This document shows, piece by piece, positions 37,290 to 50,444 of a stretch of 64,000 bases of DNA. The stretch is from Squalus acanthias (Eukaryota). A program made the translations under genes and the position numbers. The stretch is from NCBI GenBank assembly GCA_030390025.1, contig CM059432.1, positions 41,170,001 to 41,234,000 on the forward strand, given 5' to 3'. Positions within the stretch are counted from its first letter, which is position 1, and each line of letters opens with the position of its first letter. The notes beneath the pieces were generated by a model. It worked only from the letters and a program-made list of their open reading frames with translations. It was not told the DNA's origin and ran no database searches.

Positions 37290-38950
37290 AACTTAGTTTT
37301 AGGTTCCTTTGTACCACTGGTATTTTATCCAATTCCTCTAGTGTGAAAACGGATACAAAGTATTCATTTAACAAATCGCCATTTCCTTTTTATCCATTAT
37401 AGTATCACCTGCATCTCTCTTTAATGAGCCCACATTCCCCTTACCACTCTCTAATAAAAACTTTCACTGTTAGCTTTGATGTCCCTTTTTGTATCTCATT
37501 ACTTTCTTTATATTCCTTTGTTGCTTTATATAGCTCTCCCAATCTGCTGGATTTTCCTTGGAGTTGTGTAAGCCTTTTCTTTTAGATTAATACCGTCTCT
37601 TACCTTGTTTGTTGACTATGATTACTTAAGTGCACAAATGGAGCTCTTGCCTTTTTAGTACGTACTGGTTTCGTATTATCAAATACTTCTTTGAATACTT
37701 CCCATTGTTTGTCTGTTGGTTTACCCATTAACAGCTCAGCCCAGTTTACTCTGGTCAATTTATTTCTCAACCCTTCAAAGTTTGCCTTATTTAAATGTAA
37801 AACCTTGTTTTGTGACTCTCGCTTCTCCCTCTCAAACCTAATACCAAATTCAATCAGATTATGTTTACCATTCACAAGATGTTTCCAAGTACTGGAGAGG
37901 TACCACCAACACTGCCTCCACAAGATCCTGCAAATCCATTGGCAGGATAGGCGCACCAACGTCCGTGTTCTCGCTCAGGCCAACATCCCCAGCATCGAAG
38001 CTCCGGCATGGTAAGAGAGCCCCAGGTGGGCAGAGGAAATGCTTCAAGGACGCCCTCAAAGCCTCCTTTGAAAAAGTGTAACATCCCCACCGACACCTGG
38101 GAATCCCTGGCCCAAGACCGCACAAAGTGGAGGAGAAGCATCCGGGAAGGCGCCGAACACCTCGAGTCTTTTCGCCGGGAGCAAGCGGAAGCCAAGTGCA
38201 GGCAGCGCAAGGAGTGCACGTCAACCCAAGCACCCCACCCACCTGCCCCTTCAACCACCGTCTGCCCCACCTGTGGCAGAGATTGTAGGTCCCGCATTGG
38301 ACTCATCAGTCACCCGAGAACTCATTTTTAATGTGGAAGCAAGTCACCCTCGGTTCCGAGGGACTGCCTAAGAGAAGAGTTCCTTACAGTCAGATTGTTA
38401 ACAAATTTTGGTTTGTTACTTATCACTAAATCTAGTATTCTAAAAAGCTGTCCCAAATACATTCTAGAAATTCATTACCTTTACTACTTGAGCTATTTTG
38501 CTTCTCCTAGTCTATGTGAAAATTATAACCACATTATTTCTACTATATGCTTCCCTGATCTCAGTATTTATACAACCCCCACTTCATCACTACTGTCAAG
38601 AGGTCTGTAGGTAACTTCCACCAGGAGTCTTGTATTATTTACTGTTCCTTAGTTTGATCCATACAGTTTCACCTTAACCCTTACTGAAGTCCTTTCTTTC
38701 TAATGCTGCAATTGTTTCTTTTATTAATATTGCTGCTCCTCCTTCTTTGCCAATTTCCCTGTCCTTTCTAAAGATCCTATAGCCTGGAATATTGAGCACC
38801 CACTGATGCTCAGCTTGTAGCCAAATCTCTAATAGCTAATAGATCATACCCTTTAATTTGAATTTGTGCCTAACTCATTGTCTTATACACAAATGCACAT
38901 AGCATAAGAAATATAACTCTTATTTGGGTAACTGTCCCCATCCTGCCCAT
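37290..38950 (-). mobile_element. Old CR1 ORF2 (EN region) relic, interrupted by an RTE 3' end
   Basis: Degenerate LNKANFEGLRNKLTRVNW..QWEVFK. Confidence 0.65.
37888..38380 (+). mobile_element. RTE (BovB-like) 3' end
   Basis: Peptides LERYHQHCLHKILQIHWQD, ESLAQDRTKWR and CPTCGRDCRSRIGLISH; AAG-type tail. Confidence 0.88.
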
Positions 38951-39339
38951 ATGTCCTGATGGTGTATTTCTCACACTTTTTGAATATGACACTTTTGGTT
39001 GCTGATGCTCTATACATCGCTATGGGGGCAATTTAATATATTTTTATCACTCCTGCTTCATTTTTAACAGGTTTTTCGTGATTACGTCCTATAACCTTGC
39101 CTGTTCCCTGAGTATTTATATTATCTCTATCTCTTTTTGTACTCTGACCTTTTCTCTTATCCCGTCTTTTTCTTATCTTTAGGTTATTATTATTTCCACC
39201 CAAACCCTCCGTGCCCCTGGGCCAGGAAGGGGAAAAATCTGCCAGTTTCCTGCTACTGATCGCTAACCAGTAATCAATTGTAGTGCTCTGGAAGATTGGA
39301 TAACACAGCATAAACTGTGTGTCAAACTTGGAGTCTTTA

Positions 39340-39720
39340 AGAAAGAAAGCATTTATCACATCTCACGGAAGTGTCTCAGTGTGCTTTAAATAGAATTGTT
39401 TTGAAGTCCATTGACTTTTGTAATATGAGCAAAAGAAACCGCAATTTTGTATGCAGCAAAGTCACACAAGCAGCATGAAATGAATAACCAAGTAATTTAT
39501 TTTGGCGATGTTGATTCAGGAAAGAATATTGGTAAGGACACCCTACTCTTCTTCAAATAGTGCCATGGGATCTTCAGGTGGCAGGTGGGGTCTCAGTTTA
39601 ATGTCTCCTCTGAAGGATGGTACCTCCAGCAATGCAGCACTCCACAGTACTGCATTGAAGTGACAGCTTAAAGTGTGCTCAAGTGGTACTTGGAAGTGAG
39701 CCTGCTACCAACTAAGCCAA
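39340..39720 (-). mobile_element. DeuSINE-like (SacSINE1/AmnSINE1-type) SINE
   Basis: Recalled Deu-domain motifs (tcttcaaatagtgccatgggatc, gtttaatgtctc..tgaagga, gcagcactcc) and an L2-type tail. Confidence 0.6.
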
Positions 39721-39959
39721 ATTGACACAAGAGTGGTCCGTATGGCTCAGTTCCACGTGAACTAGTCCAATTACCACAGCGAAGCATCCTTTTTGTACTA
39801 GACCAGCCAATATCGAGTTAACAATTCCAAATATGAGGAAAGCAGCCTGTCTCTCTTTTTATTGTTGGTGACAGCTTGTAAAGATGCATGATATTGGAAG
39901 AAGAGCCTCAGACATCTCTCATTAAGAATACCAACCTAAGTAGGTGGCACACATGAATG

Positions 39960-42080
39960 TAGGGATGTTTGCTGATGATTGCACAGTGTTCAGTTCCATT
40001 CACAACTCCTCAGACAATGAAGCAGTCCGTGCCCGCATGCAACAAGACCTGGACGACATTCAGGCTTGGGCTGATAAGTGACAAATAACAATCGCGCCAC
40101 ACAAGAGCCAGGCAATGACTATCTCCAACAAGCGAGAGTCTAACCACCGCCTCTTGATAGTCAATGGCATTACCATCGCCGAATCCCCCACCATCAACAT
40201 CCTGGGGGTGACCATGGACCAGAAACTTAACTGGACCAGCCTCATAAATACAGTGGCTACAAGAGCATGTCAGAGGCTGGGTATTCTGCGATGAGTGTCT
40301 CACCTCCTGACTCCCCAAAGCCTTTCCACCATCTACAAGGCACAAGTCAGGAGTGTGATGGAATACTCTCCACTTGCTTGGATGAGTTCTTCTTGGGCAG
40401 TCCCTCGGAACCGAGGATGACTTGCTTCCACATTAAAAATGAGTTCTCGGGTGACTGATGAGTCCAATGCGGGACCTACAGTCTCTGTCACAGGTGGGGC
40501 AGGCGGTGGTTGAAGGGGCGGGTGGGTGGGGTGCTTGGGTTGACGTGCACTCCTTCCGCTGTTTGTGCTTGCACCCGTGAAGAGACTCGAGGTGTTCGCC
40601 GCCTTCCCGGATGCTTCTCCTCCACTTTGTGCGGTCTTGGGCCAGGGATTCCAGGTGTCGGTGGGGATGTTGCACTTTTTCAAGGAGGCTTTGAGGGTGT
40701 ACTTGAAGCATTTCCTCTGCCCACCTGGGGCTCTCTTGCCGTGTCGGAGCTCCGAGTAGAGCGTTTGTTTTGGGAGTCTCGTATCGGGCATGCGGACGAT
40801 GTGGCCCGTCCATCGGAGCTGATCGAGCGTGGTCATAGCTTTGATGCTGGGGATGTTGGCCTGAGCGAGAACACTGACGTTGGTGCGCCTATCCTGCCAA
40901 TGGATTTGCAGTTTCTTGCGGAGGCAGCGTTGGTGGTACCTCTCCAGTGCTTTGAGATGCCTGCTGTACATGGTCCATGTCTATGAAGCATACAGAAGGG
41001 CGGGTATCACTACTGGTTTGGAGTTCGGCCTCAGAGTGTGCGCAGACGCAAGCGTCGTCTGCATACTGTAATTCGATGACAGAGGATGGGACGACCTCAA
41101 TTGCCTTCTCCCAGTGGCTGAAGAGCTCCTCCCAGAGTCTCAATGCGGATTCCGCCCACTGAGGGACACAATGGACATGATCTTCACCGCGCGTCAACTA
41201 CAAGAGAAATGCAGGGAACAGCGCCAACCGCTGTACATGGCCTTCTTTGACCTCACAAAGGCCTTCGACACCATCAACCGTGAGGGATTATGGAGTGTCC
41301 TCCTCAAATTCGGCTGCCCTCAAAAGTTTGTCACCATCCTCCGCCTGCTTCACGACGACATGCAAGCCATGATCCTGACCAACGGATCCACCACAGACCC
41401 AATTCACCTACAGATCGGGGTCAAGCAAGGCTGTGTCATCGCAGCAACGCTCTTCTCTATTTTCCTGGCTGCAATGCTCCATCTCACCCTCTGTAAGCTC
41501 CCCGCTGGAGTGGAGCTAATCTACAGAACAAACGGGAAACTGTTCAACCTCCGTCGCCTCCAGTCCAGATCCAAGGTCGTCCCATCCTCTGTCATCGAAT
41601 TGGATGAGTGCAGCTCCAACAGCACTCAAGAAGCTCAACACCATCCAGGACAAAACAGCCCGCTTGATTGGCACCCCATCCGCCACCTTAAACATTCACT
41701 CCTTCCACCAATGGCGCACCGTAGCTGCAGTGTGTACCATCTACAAGATGCACTGCAGCAACTCGCAAAGGCTTCTACGACAGCACCTCTCAAACCCGCG
41801 ACCTCTACCACCTAGAATGACAAGGGCAGCAGGTGCATGGAAACATTATCACCTCCAAGTTCCCCACCATCCTGACTTGGAAATATATCGCCGTTCCTTC
41901 ATCGTCACTGGGTCAAAATCCTGGAACTCCCTACCTAACAGCACTGTGGGAGTACCTTCAGCACGCGGACTGCAGCGGTTCAAGAAGGCAGCTCACCACC
42001 ACCTTCTCGAGGGCAATTAGGGATGGGCAATAAAGGCTGGCCTTGCCAGCGACAGCCACATCCAGGAACGAGTAAAAAAA
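39960..42080 (+). mobile_element. CR1/L2-group family B 3' fragment, split by an RTE insertion
   Basis: Reads FADDCTVFS...MEYSPLAWM|SAAPTALKKLNTIQDK...HHLLEGN. Confidence 0.85.
40388..41599. mobile_element. RTE (BovB-like) insertion with a 5' inversion and a 10-bp TSD
   Basis: 40388-41098 is minus (YADD to tail, internally deleted); 41099-41599 is plus (LPESQCGFR..GVKQGCV). TSD TTGGATGAGT. Confidence 0.88.
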
Positions 42081-42269
42081 ACACAGAATAGCATTTTTGG
42101 TCTTGTCTTTATGTAACTGTAGCATTGTGCTTTGCACCACTGCAAAATGTGGGCATTGAATTCTGTAGTTTAGCAGTAATAAAGCACAAATCTGCAAGTT
42201 ACACTTGCTTACAGTCTTGGGGTGTTGCTGCTGATGCAAGTGGAGCAACACCCAAGACTATTTTGCCAT

Positions 42270-42780
42270 TTCATGACTTGGAGGAAGAGGACCAATTTAT
42301 GAGGGACTACTATTTTCAGATACAAAGATACCTTGGGCTATATTTGCTCTCGTCGGTACCCCAAGAATGGAGTATGTAGTCCCCAGCAGTCATACCTGGC
42401 GATGATTGAGGAGATTTGCATTTATCGCTTCTGCTTCATCAGGGAGACAGGGACAGTGCAATGCCACCTACTGTAGGATGACCTAAAGACAACATCTGGA
42501 CCATGGATGGCTCTTCCTGTAGTAGTCAAGATAATATACCAGAGCATGAATCTTTCATGGTGCCAGATCCTTTCAAGCCACCCATGGGATGTGTGTAACG
42601 TTAGGCAATTTGTGGTACCAGTTTAATGGCGCATGCTGTGTTTACAAGTGCCAATGCCTTCATTATCCCTGGGAAAGGAGGCATTAGTTGGACAGAGCTT
42701 GCACCAGATGGCAGGCTTCTCTTGTGTGGGCATCAGAGTTGGTTGTGTCTGTTTGCAACACTGAATTTCCAATTGGTACC
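42270..42780 (+). pseudogene. Highly degenerate Harbinger transposase relic
   Basis: Fragments ALPVVVK, (G/R)SFQ, DVCNVRQF and MAGFS parallel the transposase at 63300-63800. Confidence 0.45.
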
Positions 42781-43009
42781 TTGGAGGACAAGACCAGATT
42801 CCTGATTGGTCCCCTTGAAGGACAGTTTATTTGGAATGTGTAATTTGATCCTGCCTGCTGGAGTAATCAAGATCTTTGCAATGTGTAATTTGATCCATTC
42901 ATTGTGACAGCCAGGCTCCAGAGCTCACAGTGCTAACACTACTGCTTTCAGAAAACAGACAGGCCTCACCTTCTCTGGTTAGGAGCACTCCCAACGCTCA
43001 CACTGCCGA

Positions 43010-43380
43010 GTTCAGATAGGAAGGGGTGAGGCCATGGAGGGATTTTAACATGAGGATGAGAATTTTAAAATCAAGGTGTTGGTGGACAATGTTCCTCCTA
43101 ATTTTTTTTGGGTGCACAGTCCCTTTAATGGGCTGTGCGGCCCATTCAATATTTTGCGCTAAAATCTCCCATTCAAAAAACGGTAAGCGGCTTGCGAGGG
43201 ACCTCCAGACGGCTGCACGGCTTAGTGGGAAGGTTGTTGATGGACCATGAGCCAATGTACATCAATGAGCACAGGGGTGATGATGGGTGAATGGGACTTG
43301 CTGCGTTTTAGAATACGTGCAGCAGAGTTTTGGATGAGCTCAAGTTCATTGAGGGTCGAAGATGGGAGGCTGGCCATTAC
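43010..43380 (-). mobile_element. L2 fragment carrying a hAT MITE
   Basis: LDFKILILMLKSLHGLTP; similar to 24360-24540. Confidence 0.7.
43087..43236. mobile_element. hAT-type MITE (150 bp)
   Basis: Left TIR CAATGTTCCTCCTAA, degenerate right TIR TTAGTGGGAAGGTTG, 8-bp TSD TTGGTGGA/TTGATGGA. Confidence 0.75.
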
Positions 43381-43382
43381 TT

Positions 43383-44503
43383 GGATATACGGCACAGAAA
43401 CAAGCTATTCGGCCCAACCAGTTTATGCTCCACTCGAGCTTCCTCCCATCTTTCCTCATCTAACTCTATCAGCATAACCCTCTATTCCCTTCTCCCTCAT
43501 AGGCTTATCTAGCCTTCTCTTAAATGCATCTATACTATTCGCTTCAACCACTCCCTGTGGTAGCCAGTTGCACATTCTCACCACTCTCTGGGTAAAGAAG
43601 TTCCTTCTGAATTCCCTATTTGATTTCTTGGTGACTATCTTATATTGATGGCCTTCCACACAAGTGGAAACACTCTCTCTGTATCCACTCTATCAAAACC
43701 TTTCATAATTTTAAAGACCTCCTATTAGGTCACCCCTCAGCCTTCTTTTTTGAAGAGAAAAGAGACCCAGCCTGTTTATCCTTTCCTGATAGGTATACCC
43801 TCGCATTTCTGGTATCATCCTTGTAAATCTTTTTGCACCCTCTCCAGTGCCTCTATATCCTTTTTATAATATGCCGACCAGAATTGCACACACTACTCCA
43901 AGTGTGGTCTAACCAAGGTTCGATACAAGTTTAGCATAACTTCTCTACTTTTCAATTCAATCCCTCTAGAAATAAACCCTAGTGCTTGGTTTGCTTTTCT
44001 TATGGCCTTGTTAACCTGTGTCGCTACTTTCAGTGATTTGCGTATTTGTACTCTGAGATCCCTTTGCTCTTTTACCCCACTTAGATTCGTATTTTCCAAG
44101 TAATATGTGACCTCCCTATTTTTCTTACCAAAATATAATACCTCGCATTTATCTGTGTTGAATTTCATTTGCCAATTATATGCCCATTTTTCAAGTTTAT
44201 TAACGTCATCTTGTAATTTTTTGCAGTCCTCCTCAGTATTGACTACCCCCCTAATTTGGTGTCATCTGCAAATTTAGAAATTGTGTTTTTGTTTCCAAAG
44301 TCTAAATCGTTAATATAAATTGTGAACAACAGTGGTCCCAGCACTGAACCTTGTGGAACACCACTTTCCACCTTCTGCCACTCTGAATAGCTGCCCTTTA
44401 CCCCTACTCTCTGCTTTCTGTCTTGAAGCCAGCTAGTTATCCATTCTGCTACTTGTCCCCTGACTTCACACGCTCTGACCTTATTCATTAGTCTATTATG
44501 TGG
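43383..44503 (-). mobile_element. CR1 3' fragment, same subfamily as 27535-28700
   Basis: Near-identical sequence to 27545-28695. Confidence 0.88.
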
Positions 44504-44829
44504 ACCAGGAGAACATTGGAATAGTCGAGTCCAGCAAATAACACATAAATGTAACGTTATGCATGTTGTAGGACCAAGACAGAACACACTCTCATTTATT
44601 AAAATTCATTTATTTATTGCCCATCGCTAGTTACCACTGAGAGGGTGGTAGTGAGCTGCTGCCTTGAACCGCTGGGGGTGGAGGGTAGGGGAGGTAGAAC
44701 GTGGTGCAGGTGTAAATGAGGTGGGGATCGAAGAACATGATCCAGGCTCAACAGAGAGCAGGTGAACGTGATCTATCTTCCCATCTGGATCACGTTCTTG
44801 CTCTCATTCCACTCTTCTCACCGCGCTTG

Positions 44830-46690
44830 CCTCCCAAAAATTTCCTGACCTTCTCTCCCCGAGCTCCTGACCTTCTCCTCCCCGCCCCCGAATTCATGAA
44901 CTTCTCTCCCTCCCCCCCCGAGCTCCTGATATTCTCTCCCCACCCCCCCCGAATTCATGAACTTCTCTCCCTCCCCCCCCGAGCACCTGATATTCTCGCC
45001 CCCCCACTCCACCCCGAGCTCCTGACATTCTCGCCACTCCCCCGAGCTCCTGACCTTCTCCCCCCCCGAGTTCCTGACCTTCTCCCCCCCCCCCCCGAGT
45101 TCCTGACCATCTCTCCCCCGAGTTCCTGACCTTCTCAGCCCCCCCGAGTTCCTGACTTTCTCTCCCCCCCCCCCCCCCCCGAGTTCCTGACAATCCCCCC
45201 CCCCCCCCCGAGTTCCTGACCATCTCTCCCCCGAGTTCCTGACCTTCTCCCCCCCCCCCAGTTCCTGACCTTCTCCCCCCCCCCCAGTTCCTGACCTTCT
45301 CCACCGCCCCCCCCGAGTTCCTGACCTTCTCTCCCCCCCCCCCCCCGAGTTCCTGACCTTCTCTCCCACCTCCCGAGTTCCTGACCTTTTTCCCCCGCCC
45401 CCCGAGTTCCTGACCTCACTCCCCCCCCCCCCCCGAGGTTCCTGACCCTTCTCTCTCCCCCCCCCCCCCCGAGTTCCTGACCTTCTCCCCCCCCCCGAGT
45501 TCCCTGACCACCTTCCCCCCCCCACCCTCCGAGTTCCTGACCTTCTCTCCCCCCCCCCCCCCGAGTTCCTGACCTTCTCCCCTCGCCCCCCACCGAGTTT
45601 CCTGACCTTCTCCCCCGAGTTTCCTGACCTTCTCCCCCCCCCCCCCCCCCCGAGTTCCTGACCTTCTCCCCCCCCCCCCCCAGTTCCCGACCACCTCCCC
45701 CAAGTTCCCGACCTTCTCCCCCCGATTTGCTGACCTTCCCCCCGCCCCCCCCCCCGAGTTCCCGACCTTCTCCCTCCCCCCCCCCCCCCCCGAGTTCCTG
45801 ACCTTCTTTCCCCCCCCCCCCCCACCCGAGTTGCTGACCTTCTCCCCCTCTCCCCCCCCCCCCCCCCGAGTTGCTGACCTTCTCCCCCCCCCCCCCCCCG
45901 AGTTCCTGACCTTCTCCCCCCCTCCCCGCCCCCGAGTTCCCGGCCTTCTCCCCCCCCCACCCCGAGCTTCCCAGCTCCGAAGACCCTCTGAGCTCCGAGT
46001 TACCCCCCCACTCCTCCCCCCCCCTTTCGATCCCTCTCCTCTCCCCACTTCGATCCCTCTCCTCCCTCCCCCCTTTGATCCTTCTCCTCTCTTCCCCCCT
46101 TGATCCCTCTCCTCTCTCCCCCACCCCTTTGATCCCTCTCCTCTCTTTCCCCCCCTTGATCCCTCTCCCCTCTCCCCCCCCTTTGATCCCTCTCCTCTCT
46201 TCCCCCCTTTGATCCCTCTCCTCTCTCTCCCCTCTTCGATCTCCATCCCCTCGCCCACCTGATCCCCTCTCCTCTCTCCCCTCTTCGATCCCCTCTCCTG
46301 TCTCCCATCGTTTGATCCCTCTCCTCTCTTCTCCCCCCTTTGATCCCTCTCCTCTCTTTTCCCCCTTTGATCCCTCTCCTCTCTTTTCCCCCTTTGATCC
46401 CTCTCCTCTCTTCTCCCCCTTTCGATCCCTCTCTCCTCTTCCCCCCTTCCGATCCCTCTCCTCTGTCCCCTTGCCCCCCCGATCCCCTCTCCTCTCTCCA
46501 TCCCCATCCCCTCTCCTCTCTCCCCCCCTTTGATCCCTCTCCTCTCTCCCCCCTTTGATCCCTCTCCTCTCTCCCCCCTTTGATCCCTCTCCTCTCTCGC
46601 CAATTCGATCCCTCTCCTCTCTCGCCAATTCGATCCCTCTCCTCTCTTCCCCCCCCCCCCCCCCAACTTCCGATCCCCTGACCTTCTCCA
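44830..46690. repeat. C-rich compound minisatellite: [GAGTTCCTGACCTTCTC(C)n] followed by [TTGATCCCTCTCCTCTCT(C)n]
   Basis: Visible directly; the unit switches near 45960-46020. Confidence 0.92.
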
Positions 46691-48001
46691 CACCGAGCTG
46701 AGGAAAGCGTGGCGGTGCAGGCCGCAGCCGCCGCACCGTTTGGTACTGCGCATGACGCGCCAGCGCAGAGAGGGTCAAAAACACCATGGAAATAATCACT
46801 CCGATCAATGTTCCACACAGCAATTCAAGGTTTTACATACAAGAAAGTGTTTTCACTCAGTTAATCTTCAAGTAGATTCTGACCACATCATTATGCGCAT
46901 CAATGGCAGTTAATTCAGGAAGCAGCTAATTTGCTGTCAGTAAGTGGCAATCCAACGTGACTGCATAGAGGTTGAAGCCTAGGTTTTTTGGTCCCACATC
47001 CACCACTTCCACCTGCAAGAGTAGTGTGCCAGGCAGCTTTGGCACAATGAAATCGTGCAAAAGGGCAGTGGCTATGTATAATGAGAAATTCTACCTCCTA
47101 GAAGATATAGGAGTTTCTATCTTGGGTTCATGCCATTCTTATTGGACCAAAGCAATGTGTGCAAAAGTGAGGAATGCACATGCTATCACCTCGCTCCTGA
47201 GACCAGCAAACTTCGTCTTTATTTTCACCCAGGTGCAAAGGACCTAAGTGACTGTGTGGTCTCGGCTGATGGTCTCCTTCAATGCAGCATGCACCTGTGC
47301 TTTTACTGGAGGATGGTCTTCGGCACATCTCCTGCAACAGGACCCCCAACCGCTCATCAGGAAAGGGAGGGGTGTTTTCCCAAATTGGACAGGCCCATCC
47401 TATGTCCTTCCTATGCAGGGGTGTGTGTGTGTGTGTACTGTAACAGTGAAACATCTACATTGTGGTAATCTATTGGCAAAATACTATATTTGTTTCTCCA
47501 CTCTTGTTTCAAGTGGTACATCACTAAAATTACTGTTGCCAATTGTAGCAGACGAATACTTAACACAGTAATATGATATATCTTTATGCAATTTTGACCT
47601 ATTCATTTTAAACTGATTGCAACTTCCATTAAAATAGCAGACAAAGAAATGCCATAAGCATTCATCTGCTGTTACCACCAGCACAAATTTCTAGTTACAC
47701 CAAAATTAATCACGAATACACTAGTATATTTTTATAAAAATTGTTGTATAAAGTATATAGTATAAAAATAGCTCCTCATTACAGTATTTGCTGTTTCTTG
47801 CTTTTGGAGACAGGATCTGATGTACTACTTTGGATCCCAAAAAGGAAGAAGTGATCCGTGCAGGTTCACAACTTCCCGTGTTTGAGACCAAGAGTGCCGT
47901 TCTTCGCCATTTCTCTTTTACCTTGATTAATGCTAGCTGATCTTCCATGGTGTTGCACAGGGGAATTCAAGACCAAATGTAGTCTTCAGGTGAACAACAC
48001 T

Positions 48002-48820
48002 AACAACAACTTGTATTTATATATCGCCTTTAATGTAGTAAAATGTTCCAAGGCGCTTCACCAAACATAATTTGACACCGAGCCACATAAGGAGATATTC
48101 GGGCAGACTTGGTCAAAGAGGTAGGTTTTAAGGAGCGTCTTAAAGGAGGAAAGAGAGGCACAGAGGTTTAGGGAGGGAATTCCAGAGCTTAGGGCCTTGG
48201 CAGCTGAAGGCACAACTGTCAATGGAGCGATTAAAATTGGGGATGCCAGAATTGGAGGAGTGAAGATATCTCAGACGGTTGTAGGGCTGGAGGAGATTAC
48301 AGAGATAGGGAAAGGCGAGGCCATGGAGGGATTTGAAAACAAGGATGAGAATTTTAAAATCGAGGCGTTGCTTAACCAGGAGCCAAAGTAGATCAGCGAG
48401 CACAGGGGAGATGGGTGATTGGGACTTGGTGCGAGTTAGGACATGGGCAGCAGAGTTTTGGATGAGCTCAAGTTTATGGCGGGTGGAAGATGCGAGGCCA
48501 GCCAGGAGTGCGTTGGAATAGTCAAGTCTAGAGATAACAAAGGCATGGATGAGGGTTTCAGCAGCAGATGAGCTGAGGCAGGGGCGGAGTCGGGTGATGT
48601 TCCGGAGGTGGAAATAGGTGGTCTTAATGATGGTGCGGATGTGTGGTCGGAAGCTCATCTCGGGTCAGATATGGCACCAAGGTTGCGAACAGTCTGGTTC
48701 AGCCTCAGACAGTTGCCTGGGAGAGGGATGGAGTCGGTGGCTAGGGAATGGAGTTTGTGGCTGGGACTGGCTTTGGTTTTCCGAATATTTAGTTGGAGGA
48801 AATTTCTGCTCATCCTGTAT
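48002..48820 (-). mobile_element. L2 3' fragment
   Basis: ORF 48140-48658 (FVISRLDYSNALL..LWNSLP) plus an L2 tail. Confidence 0.88.
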
Positions 48821-48825
48821 GTGTA

Positions 48826-50413
48826 GCTAGAGTCTGGGATTATTCCCACGGACTGGAGGGTTCCCAAGTCAGAACTGGGAAATTACAAGCCCACAGCAAA
48901 AGAAAATAGAGTATTAGGGTGGAATGCCAGGACAATCTGTGGTGGGTAAAATTTTGGAGTCTATTATTAAGGAGACAGTAACGGAACATTTAGATAAACA
49001 TAATTTAATAGGACAAAGTCAACATGGCTTTATGAAGGGGAAGTCATGTCTGACAAATTTGCTTGAGTTCTTTGAGGACATAACGTACAGGGTGGATAAA
49101 GGGGAACCAGTGGATGTAGTGTATTTAGACTTCCAGAAGGCATTCGACAAGGTACCACATGAAAGATTATTGCTCAAGATAAAAAATCACTGGATTGGGG
49201 GTAATATTCTGGCATGGGTGGAGGATTGGTTATCTAACAGGAAGCAGAGAGTTGGGATAAATGGTTCATTCTCGGACTGGCAACCAGTAGCCAGTGGTGT
49301 TCTGCAGGGATCGGTGCTGGGTCCCCAACTCTTTACAATCTATATTAATGATTTGGAGGAGGGGACCGAGTGTAACATATCAAAGTTTGCAGATGATACA
49401 AAGATGGGAGGGAAAGTAGAAAGTGAGGAGGACATAAAAAACCTACAAGGGGATATAGACAGGCTGGGTGAGTGGGCGGAGATTTGGCAGATGCAATACA
49501 ATATTGGAAAATGTGAGGTTATGCACTTTGGCAGGAAAAATCAGAGAGCAAGTTATTATCTTAATGGCGAGAAACTGGAAAGTACTGCAGTACAAAGGGA
49601 TCTGGGGGTCTTGGTGCAAGAAAATCAAAAGTTAGTATGCAGGTGCAGCAGGTGATCAAGAAGGCCAATGGAATGTTGGCTTTTATTGCTAGGGGGATAG
49701 ATTATAAAAACAGGGAGGTATTGCTGCAGTTATATAAGGTATTGGTGAGACCGCACCTGGAATACTGCATACAGTTTTGATGTCCATACTTAAGAAAAGA
49801 CATACTTGCTCTCGAGGCAGTACAAAGAAGGTTCACTCGGTTAATCCCGGGGATGAGGGGGTGGATATATGAGGAGAGGTTGAGTAGATTGGGACTCTAC
49901 TCATTGGAGTTCAGAAGAATGAGAGGCGATCTTATTGAAACATATAAGATTGTGAAGGGGCTTGATCGGGTGGATGCGGTAAGGATGTTCCCAAGGATGG
50001 GTGAAACTAGAACTAGGGGGCATAATCTTAGAATAAGGGGCTGCTCTTTCAAAACTGAGATGAGGAGAAACTTCTTCACTCAGAGGGTAGTAGGTCTGTG
50101 GAATTTGCTGCCCAGGAAGCTGTGGAAGCTACATCATTAAATAAATTAAAAACAGAAATAGACAGTTTCCTAGAAGTAAAGGGAATTAGGGGTTACGGGG
50201 AGCGGGCAGGAAATTGGACATGAGGCTGAGTTCGGATCGGTCAAGGCCCTGTGGGTGGCGGAGCGGGCCCAGGGGCTGAGTGGCCGGGTCCTGCTCCTAC
50301 TTCTTGTGTTCTTTAGATTTGAGGTTAGGATCAGATCAGCCATGATCTTATTGAATGGCGGAGCAGGCTCGAAGGGCCGATTGACCTACTCCTGCTCCTA
50401 TTTCTTATGTTCT
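48826..50413 (+). mobile_element. CR1 RT fragment with a doubled 3'UTR
   Basis: ORFs 48924-49655 and 49853-50140; two tandem 3'UTR-like units. Confidence 0.9.
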
Positions 50414-50444
50414 AATCTAATCTAAAACAAAAAACCCCACTAAA

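Noticed and set aside
44818..46823. Gly/Arg/Glu-rich ORFs of 272-562 aa
   Set aside because: Low-complexity minisatellite translations.
46960..47454. Additional Harbinger Myb relic (PPFPDERLGVLLQEM)
   Set aside because: The similarity is too short and degenerate to support without an HMM search.
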